Shown: positions 10,447-18,933 of the stretch, in pieces
How the letters are laid out: each line of letters starts with the position of its first letter
How positions within the stretch are numbered: position 1 is the first letter of the stretch
Virus record (IMG/VR): IMGVR_UViG_3300027708_000012
Coordinates: 248,001 to 312,000 of that record
Direction: 5' to 3' (one strand)
DNA: 64,000 bases
The notes under the pieces: model-generated
What the model saw: only the letters and a program-made list of their open reading frames with translations
Database searches by the model: none
Told to the model about the DNA's origin: nothing
Position numbers and translations under genes: made by a program

Positions 10447-10895
10447 ATTTCTTTGAAACCTTCATCTTCAGTTGGCATTTCAAAATTATCAATCATTCCT
10501 TGTACGATATCCCAAGGCACTTCTTTACCTGGCCGACTAGCCAAACGCTCTTTCAATATTTCAATATCAGGTGTAGTAAACACTACAGCGATATGCTCGT
10601 AGTCTGGAAGCATATTAAACTTACGAGTACGGCTAGCGATAGTAGTGCTAGTTTGATCCCAAAATATAGTATGACCCAAAGTACGGGCTCTCACAACCTG
10701 TTCAGCCATTAAATTAACTGCGGTAGGCATATAATCTTTAAACACTTCTGAATAAGTCTTACCTTGTGATCTTGCATAGTCCTCTACAAACGCATCGGTC
10801 GAAACTACTGTTAAGCCCAATGCCCAGTCTTGGTTTTTAATCCAAGTACTTTTACCTGCGCATGGAACTCCAATTAGTTGATAACACTTTGACAT
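10434..10895 (-). CDS. P-loop kinase (AAA_33 / polynucleotide-kinase-like)
   Basis: Walker A GVPCAGKST, STD, WDQT motifs. Confidence 0.8.
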   Translation of the reverse strand: MSKCYQLIGVPCAGKSTWIKNQDWALGLTVVSTDAFVEDYARSQGKTYSEVFKDYMPTAVNLMAEQVVRARTLGHTIFWDQTSTTIASRTRKFNMLPDYEHIAVVFTTPDIEILKERLASRPGKEVPWDIVQGMIDNFEMPTEDEGFKEIWRV

Positions 10896-11110
10896 TACAT
10901 TAAACCTACCATTCTAAAGTATTCATCATGCGGTACATAAAAATCTGTTTTTGGATCCCAGTACTTACCTTCTTTTGGATCATAGTACAGGATGCGTCCT
11001 GCAACTAAAAATGGTCCTTCGAGTTTAGGCAAAGGACCGTATCCTTGATACAAGTCTGTTGTTTTTCCCAAAATTTTGAATCCCATTTCTCGCTCCTTTT
11101 TTGTTACCAT
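10895..11110 (-). CDS. hypothetical protein
   Basis: 71-aa ORF coupled to the downstream kinase. Confidence 0.7.
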   Translation of the reverse strand: MVTKKEREMGFKILGKTTDLYQGYGPLPKLEGPFLVAGRILYYDPKEGKYWDPKTDFYVPHDEYFRMVGLM

Positions 11111-11116
11111 ACCAAT

Positions 11117-11165
11117 ATTATAATGTCAAAAAAAAACCCTGTCAACTTCACAGCTAACAGGGTTT
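11117..11165 (-). terminator. intrinsic terminator overlapping a sigma70 promoter
   Basis: AACCCTGT/ACAGGGTT hairpin plus U9 after DUF2828; TTGACA(11140-11145)-17-TATAAT(11117-11122) embedded. Confidence 0.75.
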
Positions 11166-11190
11166 AAAACTGTTGTATTATTACAACGGT

Positions 11191-12603
11191 TTATAGTGCG
11201 TAACGATCACTCATTACAGTCTTCAGCATGATGCCTTCTGGAGTGAACTGATCCAAATCAGCGGCTAGCAAGCTAGTCATGATTGATGGACTGAATCCAC
11301 TTACCAATGCGACACCACTCTTGTCTGCCTTAACAGGTACGTTGTCTGAACTGTTTAGGTTCCAGAAAACAATCTGTGGCACAGTGTATCCTGCATCTGC
11401 AAACTTGCGTTCGATCATTTGCATTGCTGTGTCATCGTAATGAGCACATTGGTTAAACTGCATGTCTGACAAGATTAGCAACATGCCAGGCATGTCGCTA
11501 GCTGGTACTGAACCCTTAACCGCAACGTCTAGGATCTTGTCCATAGCCGCATGCAAGTTAGTGCTCATGTCCCAATCGCTACGAGACATTTGAGTAACCT
11601 TTTCAACAATGTTACCCTTTAGAGTAACAAGTTGTGGCTTGTCTGAGAAAGTCAAGAATGTGTCCTTGAACACGCCCTTGTTCTTATCTGCTAGGTACAA
11701 GCCCAAGCTGATTGAAATGTCCATGCAAGTTACATTAGAGTTCTTTCCTGCTGGGCAAGACATAGAACCACTAACGTCTACGATTGGCATGATGCTAGCA
11801 TCTCCAACGTAGTTTGGCAAGCTATCCCATTGTGCGATAACATGACTAGTTTCAGTCATATCCATCTTAGCACGATAGTGCCCAATCACACCCTTCAACA
11901 CATCATGTGGGAAGATTGCGCTGGCGTTAACCTTAACAGTCTTATCACCACTTACCAACTTGGCAACATACTCAGCGAACGCTGGGCTGTGACGGTTGAA
12001 AGCCTTCTTGTAGATTCGAGAAGCTACAGAAGGAACGTGACTGAAGTTGATGTTATCCCAATCTCCTGCACACATTTGGGTTTCAACAACCTTTGTAAGA
12101 GCTACAAGACTCTTACGGTATTGCTTTGGAGTCATGCCAAAGAAGGCACGAACTTCAGCGGCAATTTGCCCCTTACGAGGAGTCCACTTTGCGGCCAAAC
12201 CGTTATTAGCACGTAGGGCATCGCCCAACATGGTATAAGCGGCTGACTTTAGAACTGGGTCTTGGAAGACAAAGATGTCATCCCAACGACCAACTTCTGG
12301 GATCTTCTTTAGAAGAGCCAAAGCGGCGTCTGGGTCACGCTTTTCTAGATGAACTAGAATATCGCGGAACAGTTGACGTTCACCTGCACCACCGCGGACA
12401 TCACGTGCCCATTGTGCGATGCGTAGTGCAACGTCTTGGTTTTCCACATAAGCGGCTGTAAAGTCGCCTGTGATGTCCTTACCACGGCTTGCGCCGATAT
12501 TATAGAACAAGTCAACACAAGCCTTAGCTGTTGACTTACGTGCCTTCATACCGTTTTCGGTACGGGCTTCTTGATTTGCCACTGCATTTACAAATGCGTT
12601 CAT
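11191..12603 (-). CDS. DUF2828-family vWA protein (TROVE/Ro60-like architecture)
   Basis: Helical N-terminus with RDVRGGAGER and GRWDD; C-terminal vWA with MIDAS DVSGSM and LSDMQF. Confidence 0.8.
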   Translation of the reverse strand: MNAFVNAVANQEARTENGMKARKSTAKACVDLFYNIGASRGKDITGDFTAAYVENQDVALRIAQWARDVRGGAGERQLFRDILVHLEKRDPDAALALLKKIPEVGRWDDIFVFQDPVLKSAAYTMLGDALRANNGLAAKWTPRKGQIAAEVRAFFGMTPKQYRKSLVALTKVVETQMCAGDWDNINFSHVPSVASRIYKKAFNRHSPAFAEYVAKLVSGDKTVKVNASAIFPHDVLKGVIGHYRAKMDMTETSHVIAQWDSLPNYVGDASIMPIVDVSGSMSCPAGKNSNVTCMDISISLGLYLADKNKGVFKDTFLTFSDKPQLVTLKGNIVEKVTQMSRSDWDMSTNLHAAMDKILDVAVKGSVPASDMPGMLLILSDMQFNQCAHYDDTAMQMIERKFADAGYTVPQIVFWNLNSSDNVPVKADKSGVALVSGFSPSIMTSLLAADLDQFTPEGIMLKTVMSDRYAL

Positions 12604-12614
12604 GATATTTCCTT

Positions 12615-12671
12615 TACAGAATGTGTTGTTTTTCGATATAAGTGAAAAATTAAATTTGCTGTTAACATTCT
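12615..12671 (-). ncRNA. ACAGCAA element A (Ile-UAU anticodon-like loop)
   Basis: Stem AGAAUGU/ACAUUCU, UAACAGCAA, inner hairpin UUUUUC-A-CUUAUAU-C-GAAAAA; abuts the DUF2828 RBS. Confidence 0.65.
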
Positions 12672-12677
12672 AAATTT

Positions 12678-12834
12678 AACAGGATCGTTTTCTACTTTTT
12701 GTTTTTATCGAGGAGACTTGTCGAAACTCCTCTATCTAATCCTATCATTGCTAATAACCTTCAAAACCCTTTCAGGCTCCAGCTATTAGCATAAGATTAG
12801 CGTTCCATGTAATATGAATTGCTGTACCGATCCT
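12678..12834 (-). ncRNA. ACAGCAA element B (long form)
   Basis: Stem AGGAUCG/CGAUCCU, GUACAGCAA, inner stems GCUAAUAGC/GUUAUUAGC and GAGGAG/CUCCUC. Confidence 0.65.
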
Positions 12835-12868
12835 AAAACTCTTTAGCATTGTTACTTGCTATACGACT

Positions 12869-12897
12869 ATTATAGTACAGAATCAAGTCTGTGTCTA
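12869..12897 (-). promoter_or_regulatory. sigma70 promoter for elements B, A and DUF2828
   Basis: TAGACA-17-TATAAT. Confidence 0.7.
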
Positions 12898-12910
12898 TAC
12901 ATTTTGGTGA

Positions 12911-12963
12911 AACAGGATACATTTTTCTTCATTTGCAGTGAAATAAATTGCTGTTAGTATCCT
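12911..12963 (-). ncRNA. ACAGCAA element C (Cys-GCA anticodon-like loop)
   Basis: Stem AGGAUAC/GUAUCCU, UAACAGCAA, inner hairpin UUCA-CUGCAAA-UGAA. Confidence 0.65.
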
Positions 12964-13012
12964 AATTGGGGCGACACAGTTAAGTGAAGCTTCCACCAGC
13001 TAGTTTAGAAAA

Positions 13013-13861
13013 CTAGCAAACGTTTGGAGCAACGGGAGGGATTTGAACCCCCGGTTTTCCGGATTTGCAATCCGCTGCATTGGACCTCTCTGCCACCGTT
13101 GCATTAAATTTCGTCATATCAGCACAAGTGTACTTTTGATACGACTGTTCTAGTTCTTTAGGCATTGCTATATTTTCTATAACTGATGGATATTTGTTTC
13201 CTATCTCAATTGCAATGTCATAAAAACTTTTTGTTTTACCTGTACCCAAATTCCAAAGGCCCGATTCTTTAATTTCTAAAAATTTTAAATGTGCATTGAC
13301 TACTTCACTTACATGAATAAAATCTCTGTGATAGTTTCTGCTGTTGTCGAATAATGCAATTCGGCTTTTTATTTGGGCCTGTTTGGTAAACTTATAGTAC
13401 GGACTAGCCTGGTCGCCTTTATGTTCTTCGCCTTCTGGACCGTATACATTAAAGTAACGGAAACCTTGCACAACCGCACCCGCTGGATGATTTCGAACAT
13501 AACGTTCAAACAGATATTTGCTCCACGCATAAGGAGTACGTGGATCAACAGGCGCAGATTCTTTAAAGTCAGTATTCAACCCGTATACACTAGCACTACT
13601 GGAATATTGGAAATTAACTCCATATGTTTTGCAAGCATTGTACAATTGACAACTAAAGTCAAAATTTTGTCTGAATACTTTATCCACATCTCGCTCTGTT
13701 GTACTGCTAATCGCACCAATGTGTATAACCCAGTCTTGTTCCATTACACTAGGAAGCACTTCTCCCCATTCGTAAGTACTTACACAATGTCCAGCGGCTT
13801 CTAATGCTGTTAACATGTGACTACCAATAAAACCTTTATGACCAGTTAATAATATATTCAT
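13013..13861 (-). CDS. hldD: ADP-L-glycero-D-manno-heptose 6-epimerase-like (NAD-dependent epimerase)
   Basis: TGHKGFIG, YSSSASVYG, YAWSK, RYFNVYG; start at MNILLTG. Confidence 0.75.
   Translation of the reverse strand: MNILLTGHKGFIGSHMLTALEAAGHCVSTYEWGEVLPSVMEQDWVIHIGAISSTTERDVDKVFRQNFDFSCQLYNACKTYGVNFQYSSSASVYGLNTDFKESAPVDPRTPYAWSKYLFERYVRNHPAGAVVQGFRYFNVYGPEGEEHKGDQASPYYKFTKQAQIKSRIALFDNSRNYHRDFIHVSEVVNAHLKFLEIKESGLWNLGTGKTKSFYDIAIEIGNKYPSVIENIAMPKELEQSYQKYTCADMTKFNATVAERSNAADCKSGKPGVQIPPVAPNVC
13025..13102 (-). tRNA. tRNA-Cys(GCA)
   Basis: Cloverleaf, loop TTGCAAA, encoded CCA; lies inside the 3' end of hldD. Confidence 0.9.
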
Positions 13862-14616
13862 ATTTCTGTTATTGAAGGAGAGTAACAACCAAAATGTTGT
13901 ACTGTAATTGCGCTTGCTCTTACAGCAAATTTAATAGCTTGCTCAATATTTTTAGTATTTAAATATTCAACGGTTAATGCTGCAAGAAATGTATCTCCTG
14001 CACCAGTAACATCACTTACTTCTACTATAGGTGCGGGACAAGTAAAGTCATGATGTATTGCACTTGCGCCGTGAGCACCATGTGTAACAATTAATCCAGA
14101 ACATTCACTAGTAATTTTACTATACTCTAGATCATTAATCTTTACCCAAGCACCTTGCATACGTTCTAAGTCTGTTTTCTTTGTATCAATAAAAATAGGA
14201 ATACTTAAAGAAATTAATTCTTCTATTAGTTCGTAGCTAACTGTTCCTTTATTGTAATCGCTGACTACAACAGCATCATATACATCGGGTATTGCTGTTT
14301 CAAATGTGATAGGAGTTGATTTAATATCGTTATCTATTCGAACAATCTGTTGTTTACTACGTGCATCAATAATTCTAGTTTTAGTACTTGTTTCGCCGTG
14401 CAGATAGCTAACTTCACAACCTAATGCTTTCAAGTTGTTGTAGACATTGCCGGCCATGCCGTCACGCTCTTCTGTGTAAGTAGGAACAAATACCGGAACA
14501 GGAGCTTCTGGACTTAGTCTATCTATTGTACCGTATTGATAAATGTCTTTACAGTTATCGCCTATCAGCAATATCTTGAATTGTTTTTGTTGTTGAGTAA
14601 TCGCCGACTCTGTCAT
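13858..14616 (-). CDS. PfkB-family heptose-7-phosphate kinase (HldE kinase domain)
   Basis: RLSPEAPVPV, SDYNKG, DVTGAGDTF. Confidence 0.85.
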   Translation of the reverse strand: MTESAITQQQKQFKILLIGDNCKDIYQYGTIDRLSPEAPVPVFVPTYTEERDGMAGNVYNNLKALGCEVSYLHGETSTKTRIIDARSKQQIVRIDNDIKSTPITFETAIPDVYDAVVVSDYNKGTVSYELIEELISLSIPIFIDTKKTDLERMQGAWVKINDLEYSKITSECSGLIVTHGAHGASAIHHDFTCPAPIVEVSDVTGAGDTFLAALTVEYLNTKNIEQAIKFAVRASAITVQHFGCYSPSITEI

Positions 14617-14956
14617 AAAATATCACTTGATTAACATGTTCTTTTGCAACTATACTTTTGCCTCTCCAGTCACTACCTTTAACCATAATGTCTGGTTTGT
14701 ACAATTTAATTAATTCTACTAACTCTTCTTTGGTGTTAAAAACTTTAACATAGTCTACACATTTTAGACTATTCAACATAAACATCCTATCTGTTTGGTT
14801 GTTTATGGGTCGTGTAGGACCTTTAAGTTGTTGAACACGTTCGTCAGAATCAATACAAACTAAAAGATAATCGCCTTGACTTTTTGCATAATGTAACATT
14901 TCTAAATGTCCACGATGAAGTATGTCAAATGTTCCGTTTACTATTACTTTGGTCAT
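14555..14956 (-). CDS. heptose-1-phosphate adenylyltransferase (HldE C-terminal domain, cytidylyltransferase fold)
   Basis: GTFDILHRGH, KGPTRPIN, KGSDW, YSTT. Confidence 0.85.
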   Translation of the reverse strand: MTKVIVNGTFDILHRGHLEMLHYAKSQGDYLLVCIDSDERVQQLKGPTRPINNQTDRMFMLNSLKCVDYVKVFNTKEELVELIKLYKPDIMVKGSDWRGKSIVAKEHVNQVIFYDRVGDYSTTKTIQDIADRR

Positions 14957-14962
14957 ATTGTT

Positions 14963-15037
14963 TGGTACCTGGTGACAGTTTCGAACTGCCGACCCTCTCG
15001 GTGTAAACGAGACGCTCTACCCCTGAGCTAACCAGGC
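14963..15037 (-). tRNA. tRNA-Val(TAC)
   Basis: Cloverleaf, loop TTTACAC, CCA. Confidence 0.95.
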
Positions 15038-15040
15038 AAT

Positions 15041-15760
15041 TTATTCCATTAAATTATCTTTAACTTCTTTAATTATATATTTGTGCATTTTTGCATTACG
15101 ATATAGATCGTAATAATATTTCAACGGCTCTACCATTTTTGATTTATAGTGCCTAGCCGTTACATTGTGTGATATTAATGTTTCTAATTTTTTAGTAGGA
15201 AAAAACTTCTTTAAAGTAACTTTTTCATCTGTTAAAAACTTTACATTTAAAAAATCATCACCTGTCTTAATATCAATTCTATCTACATTATTTTTTACAA
15301 TAAATGCACAGTCAATAGGTCGAACCCATTTTGCAATATCAAATTGTCCTGGAACTATCATAGTCTTGTTAACAAAATCGTTATCACTAAAATAGCATCC
15401 AGTAACATCAATGTTTAAACTTTCTTCTGCAATAAACAAATAAAACAAATTAAAAGATAATAATTTATCTGGCATCGATCTAATATTTAAAACTGTATTA
15501 AAAAAAGTTTGATCGTGCATATTAGAGGATATGTTCCCATTTGAAAATAATAAATTATAATCAAATGGAAATTGTAATCTAAAACTATTTTGAATCTGTT
15601 GTTTAAATGCCGGGCATGGGTAAAAATTAGTGCCAGGCAAATTATCTTTTACATTTATCTTTGGAAGTAAAGACGATTCACTTTTAGGCTCTAAAAATTT
15701 TATCATAGGAACAGCAGGTTCGTGTTCCTGTGTAACTAGCACTGACCAGTATACGTTCAT
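15041..15760 (-). CDS. hypothetical phage protein
   Basis: 239-aa ORF with a CPAF motif. Confidence 0.7.
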   Translation of the reverse strand: MNVYWSVLVTQEHEPAVPMIKFLEPKSESSLLPKINVKDNLPGTNFYPCPAFKQQIQNSFRLQFPFDYNLLFSNGNISSNMHDQTFFNTVLNIRSMPDKLLSFNLFYLFIAEESLNIDVTGCYFSDNDFVNKTMIVPGQFDIAKWVRPIDCAFIVKNNVDRIDIKTGDDFLNVKFLTDEKVTLKKFFPTKKLETLISHNVTARHYKSKMVEPLKYYYDLYRNAKMHKYIIKEVKDNLME

Positions 15761-15990
15761 TGTACTCGTTTTAGATATTCTGTACCAACCTTGCCTTCTT
15801 GAATTTCCATCAATGCTGTAAGATTAGAATATACATGCTCACGTTTATCGCTTTCGCGGTGTTGACGTTTGATCTCACGTGCTCTAACAGCGGCAATTAA
15901 TACTAGATTAAATCTATTTCCGCCTGATAATTCTACACATTGATTAGTATCAATTGTTGGTCCACGACTAAGTCCGATTGTTTTGCTCAT
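15757..15990 (-). CDS. rpoZ: RNA polymerase omega subunit-like
   Basis: NRFNLVLIAAVRAREI...ALMEIQEGKV matches the omega core. Confidence 0.75.
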   Translation of the reverse strand: MSKTIGLSRGPTIDTNQCVELSGGNRFNLVLIAAVRAREIKRQHRESDKREHVYSNLTALMEIQEGKVGTEYLKRVQ

Positions 15991-16035
15991 ATATGCCTCT
16001 TAAAAATATTATTATAACTTATATTCGTTCTACTG

Positions 16036-16605
16036 TCAATACTCATAGGACACATCTGCAGCAATAATAAATCTATATTCATCACTTTGTGCTATTCCCG
16101 GCCTGTGCCATGTTTCGCTTGGATATATAAACCAAGAAAAACTATTTGGTTGGATGAAATATTTTCCATCACCGTCTGGACCATTTGGCGCAATTTCAGT
16201 GCCGCATGTTGTTATATCTTTAACATCTTTGGGTATATGCAAATACATAATGCCGCTAAGACTCTTAGTTCCGTGTTTATCATGATGGTGCCAGTACGTA
16301 TCTCTATTTTCTTGGGTTGCTGTATTAGTCATGAAACTCCATGCCATCATGTTACTCACACGAACTTCTCGCCCCAAGTACATAAACACACTCATTAAAA
16401 AACTCATTCGATATTTTAGCCATACAGTCTCAGACCGCCCAAAAATATTTTCTTTAGTTTGGTATGGTGGGCTATTTGTAAAGTAATTTCCACTATCAAT
16501 TATAGATTTAATTATACCAATAGCTTCGTCAACATCATGTTGTCCAATGATACTACTAAAATTATATTGCTTTACAATATCGCTTGAGTTTTTATCTATG
16601 ATCAT
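16036..16605 (-). CDS. 2OG-Fe(II) oxygenase
   Basis: WHHHD, LSGIMYL, WHRP, YRF. Confidence 0.7.
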   Translation of the reverse strand: MIIDKNSSDIVKQYNFSSIIGQHDVDEAIGIIKSIIDSGNYFTNSPPYQTKENIFGRSETVWLKYRMSFLMSVFMYLGREVRVSNMMAWSFMTNTATQENRDTYWHHHDKHGTKSLSGIMYLHIPKDVKDITTCGTEIAPNGPDGDGKYFIQPNSFSWFIYPSETWHRPGIAQSDEYRFIIAADVSYEY

Positions 16606-16886
16606 CAGGCAGTACGTTTGATAATATGCCAGCCGAATTGTGTTTGGACAGGCTGACTTACTTCGCCAACTTGTAATGCAAATGCTGCATCTTCGAAAGG
16701 TTTAACCATTCGTCCTCTTGTAAAGAATCCTAAATTGCCACCGGAGTCTTTACTAGGGCATTTACTTATACCAAGTGCTAATCCTTCAAATGTAGCCCGT
16801 GTTCCAGGCACATCTAAATCTTTTCTTATTGATGCTGCTTGGCGTTCAGTCTCAACTAAAATATGACTTGCTTGAATTTGATTCAT
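16605..16886 (-). CDS. ppiC: parvulin-type peptidyl-prolyl isomerase
   Basis: ASHILV, SKCPS, GGNLG, MVKPFE, TQFGWHII. Confidence 0.9.
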   Translation of the reverse strand: MNQIQASHILVETERQAASIRKDLDVPGTRATFEGLALGISKCPSKDSGGNLGFFTRGRMVKPFEDAAFALQVGEVSQPVQTQFGWHIIKRTA

Positions 16887-16897
16887 GCTATTCTCCT

Positions 16898-17488
16898 TTA
16901 GAAATGTCTATCAAATGTAATATTAAACGATACACTGACTCGTTCATTATCAGTTGTATTGGTTAGGACACCGTGCTCTAACCAACCTGGAAATAATATT
17001 ATCCTCCCAGGTTCTGGTTTATATGTTACCCTATCGTACAATTGATTATACACATGGGATGCTGTCATTAGCTTATTTGGATTTTGAAAAAATATATTAC
17101 CATCTTCACCGCTTGATTTTACATAATATACACCACTAATGTCTGCATCAGCGTGACTATGTATATGCGCATATTCTTTTTTAGAGTAGCTAGTCATCCA
17201 ACTAGACATTAATTTAAATCTAGTATTTTGATTGCCAAAATTAATAGCATTGATATATGTAAACACATGTTTAGTCAATGCATTCATAAATTCATTACAA
17301 TTGTATTTTTCTATTAAATTTTCTTTAAATGTCGGATCACTTAGTTTAAGACTTTGCCAATCTTCTCTTAAACGGAATTTACCCTCGTCGGTAATTTGTT
17401 TGTGTACATCTAGAAATTTTTCTAATACACCTGCTTCTTCCACTATTGCAGAATAAATTGGTGTTTGAAATAAGCCGTCTATTATCAT
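16898..17488 (-). CDS. 2OG-Fe(II) oxygenase (TIGR02466-like)
   Basis: HIHSH..DISGVYY, FPGWLEH, RVSVSFN; start trimmed to exclude tRNA-Pro. Confidence 0.8.
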   Translation of the reverse strand: MIIDGLFQTPIYSAIVEEAGVLEKFLDVHKQITDEGKFRLREDWQSLKLSDPTFKENLIEKYNCNEFMNALTKHVFTYINAINFGNQNTRFKLMSSWMTSYSKKEYAHIHSHADADISGVYYVKSSGEDGNIFFQNPNKLMTASHVYNQLYDRVTYKPEPGRIILFPGWLEHGVLTNTTDNERVSVSFNITFDRHF

Positions 17489-17507
17489 TTTTCTCTTTAT
17501 ATCAAAT

Positions 17508-17584
17508 TGGTCGGAGTACAAGGATTCGAACCTTGGACCCCCTGGTCCCAAACCAGGTGCGCTACCAGACTGCGCTACACTCCG
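17508..17584 (-). tRNA. tRNA-Pro(TGG)
   Basis: Cloverleaf, loop TTTGGGA, CCA. Confidence 0.95.
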
Positions 17585-17589
17585 AAACT

Positions 17590-17663
17590 TGGAGCGGGTG
17601 AGGAGAATCGAACTCCTGACTTTAGCTTGGAAGGCTAAGGTAATACCATTTTACGACACCCGC
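17590..17663 (-). tRNA. tRNA-Gly(TCC)
   Basis: Cloverleaf, loop CTTCCAA, U73, CCA. Confidence 0.95.
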
Positions 17664-17671
17664 ATAATTCT

Positions 17672-18241
17672 TTATTCTAAATAGGTCATCCATCCTGTGA
17701 TAATATACTTATTACCGCTCAATGGAGGATTTCCTCTATGTGTATGTGTAAAACCACTCGGCCAAATTAACACTCTGCCTGCTTGTGGTTTTATTCTTTT
17801 ATGCAAATATAAAAATTCTGTTTCACCACCGTCATCCACATCGTTCAAATACATCATGTAAGTTATGAACCTTGGACTTGATAGCAAACTACTAGTCTCA
17901 AAATGCCAAATATGAAAACCTTGTCCAGGTCTGGTTTTTTGTAATTTTAATTGTAGTAGTCCATGTTTAGCTGAATCTCCAACTACTCCGTATCGTTCTA
18001 CGTAATTGTTGTAGCACGGACCCAGTCTACTTAAAAATAATTGTAATGCTGTTTGTGTATGATCTAGTGACATTTCTTCAAACTCAGACATTAACACACT
18101 TTCATCTTCGACGCCTGTGCGCTTTTCCGGTTCTCTGTTGAAAGTCAAGTTAAGACTTTTCATATTTTCAAAATATTGAATCAAATGATCACATTCTTCT
18201 CTGGAACACACATTATCGTATACACCTATAAAATCATCCAT
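17672..18241 (-). CDS. 2OG-Fe(II) oxygenase (prolyl-4-hydroxylase-like)
   Basis: WHFE, YLNDVDDGGETEF, THTHRG, KYIITGW. Confidence 0.85.
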   Translation of the reverse strand: MDDFIGVYDNVCSREECDHLIQYFENMKSLNLTFNREPEKRTGVEDESVLMSEFEEMSLDHTQTALQLFLSRLGPCYNNYVERYGVVGDSAKHGLLQLKLQKTRPGQGFHIWHFETSSLLSSPRFITYMMYLNDVDDGGETEFLYLHKRIKPQAGRVLIWPSGFTHTHRGNPPLSGNKYIITGWMTYLE

Positions 18242-18252
18242 ATAATATACTC

Positions 18253-18846
18253 TTAATTAAAATTCATATTGATAACAATTCTGTTATGTTCTCTACCAAC
18301 ACCGTTACCGTGATATCTATGTCCGTCAAAGAGTACACCTGTACCTTTGACAGGCGCCATTCTTTTTTCTAAAACTCTTTTATTAAAATTTTCTTGTCCT
18401 TGAACAAAAAAATCTTTATAAAAAAATGTATCACCGTCGCATTGATTTACATAATAAATTAATGTTTTGTGCGGAAGCGGATCGTCTATATGAGGTGTAA
18501 GATAATTTTCTAAATCCCAAGATGGATCTTTGTAAGTTAATACTGCTCTCATTCTTAAAAGATTGCTAGTTTTAAACCCTGATTTTTCTTCTAAAAAATA
18601 TAGTAGTGGTTTTATTAAACCAAAATATGGACTTACAATATTACTTTCAGCTGCATAGAATAAATGAATAAATGCATCTCGTTTTACAATATTAGTGTCG
18701 TTTGTAAACACAGTCGGATGATTAGGTTGACCTGAAACATCATGCTTATAACTCCATGGAAACATTAACGAAGTCATTTCGTGTTCGATTTCATCTTGAT
18801 AAGATTTAGGAATTAAATCAGGTATAGTTAAAATGTCATTATCCAT
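18253..18846 (-). CDS. 2OG-Fe(II) oxygenase
   Basis: PHID, IYYVN..DGDT, FDGHRYH, RIVIN; start trimmed to exclude tRNA-Thr. Confidence 0.8.
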   Translation of the reverse strand: MDNDILTIPDLIPKSYQDEIEHEMTSLMFPWSYKHDVSGQPNHPTVFTNDTNIVKRDAFIHLFYAAESNIVSPYFGLIKPLLYFLEEKSGFKTSNLLRMRAVLTYKDPSWDLENYLTPHIDDPLPHKTLIYYVNQCDGDTFFYKDFFVQGQENFNKRVLEKRMAPVKGTGVLFDGHRYHGNGVGREHNRIVINMNFN

Positions 18847-18857
18847 ATTGTCTTTAT

Positions 18858-18933
18858 TGGTGCCCTCAGTCGGATTCGAACTGACCACCTGCCGCTTACA
18901 AGGCGGCTGCTCTACCAAATGAGCTATAAGGGC
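18858..18933 (-). tRNA. tRNA-Thr(TGT)
   Basis: Cloverleaf, loop CTTGTAA, CCA. Confidence 0.95.

Noticed and set aside
12755-12785. Phe (GAA) anticodon mimic in element B
   Set aside because: Folds better as a CCU-GAAA-GGG GNRA tetraloop; not counted as a fourth anticodon mimic
17489-17551. N-terminal extension of the oxygenase ORF in the track
   Set aside because: Runs through tRNA-Pro; true start is likely 17488. The same applies to 18847-18918 (tRNA-Thr)
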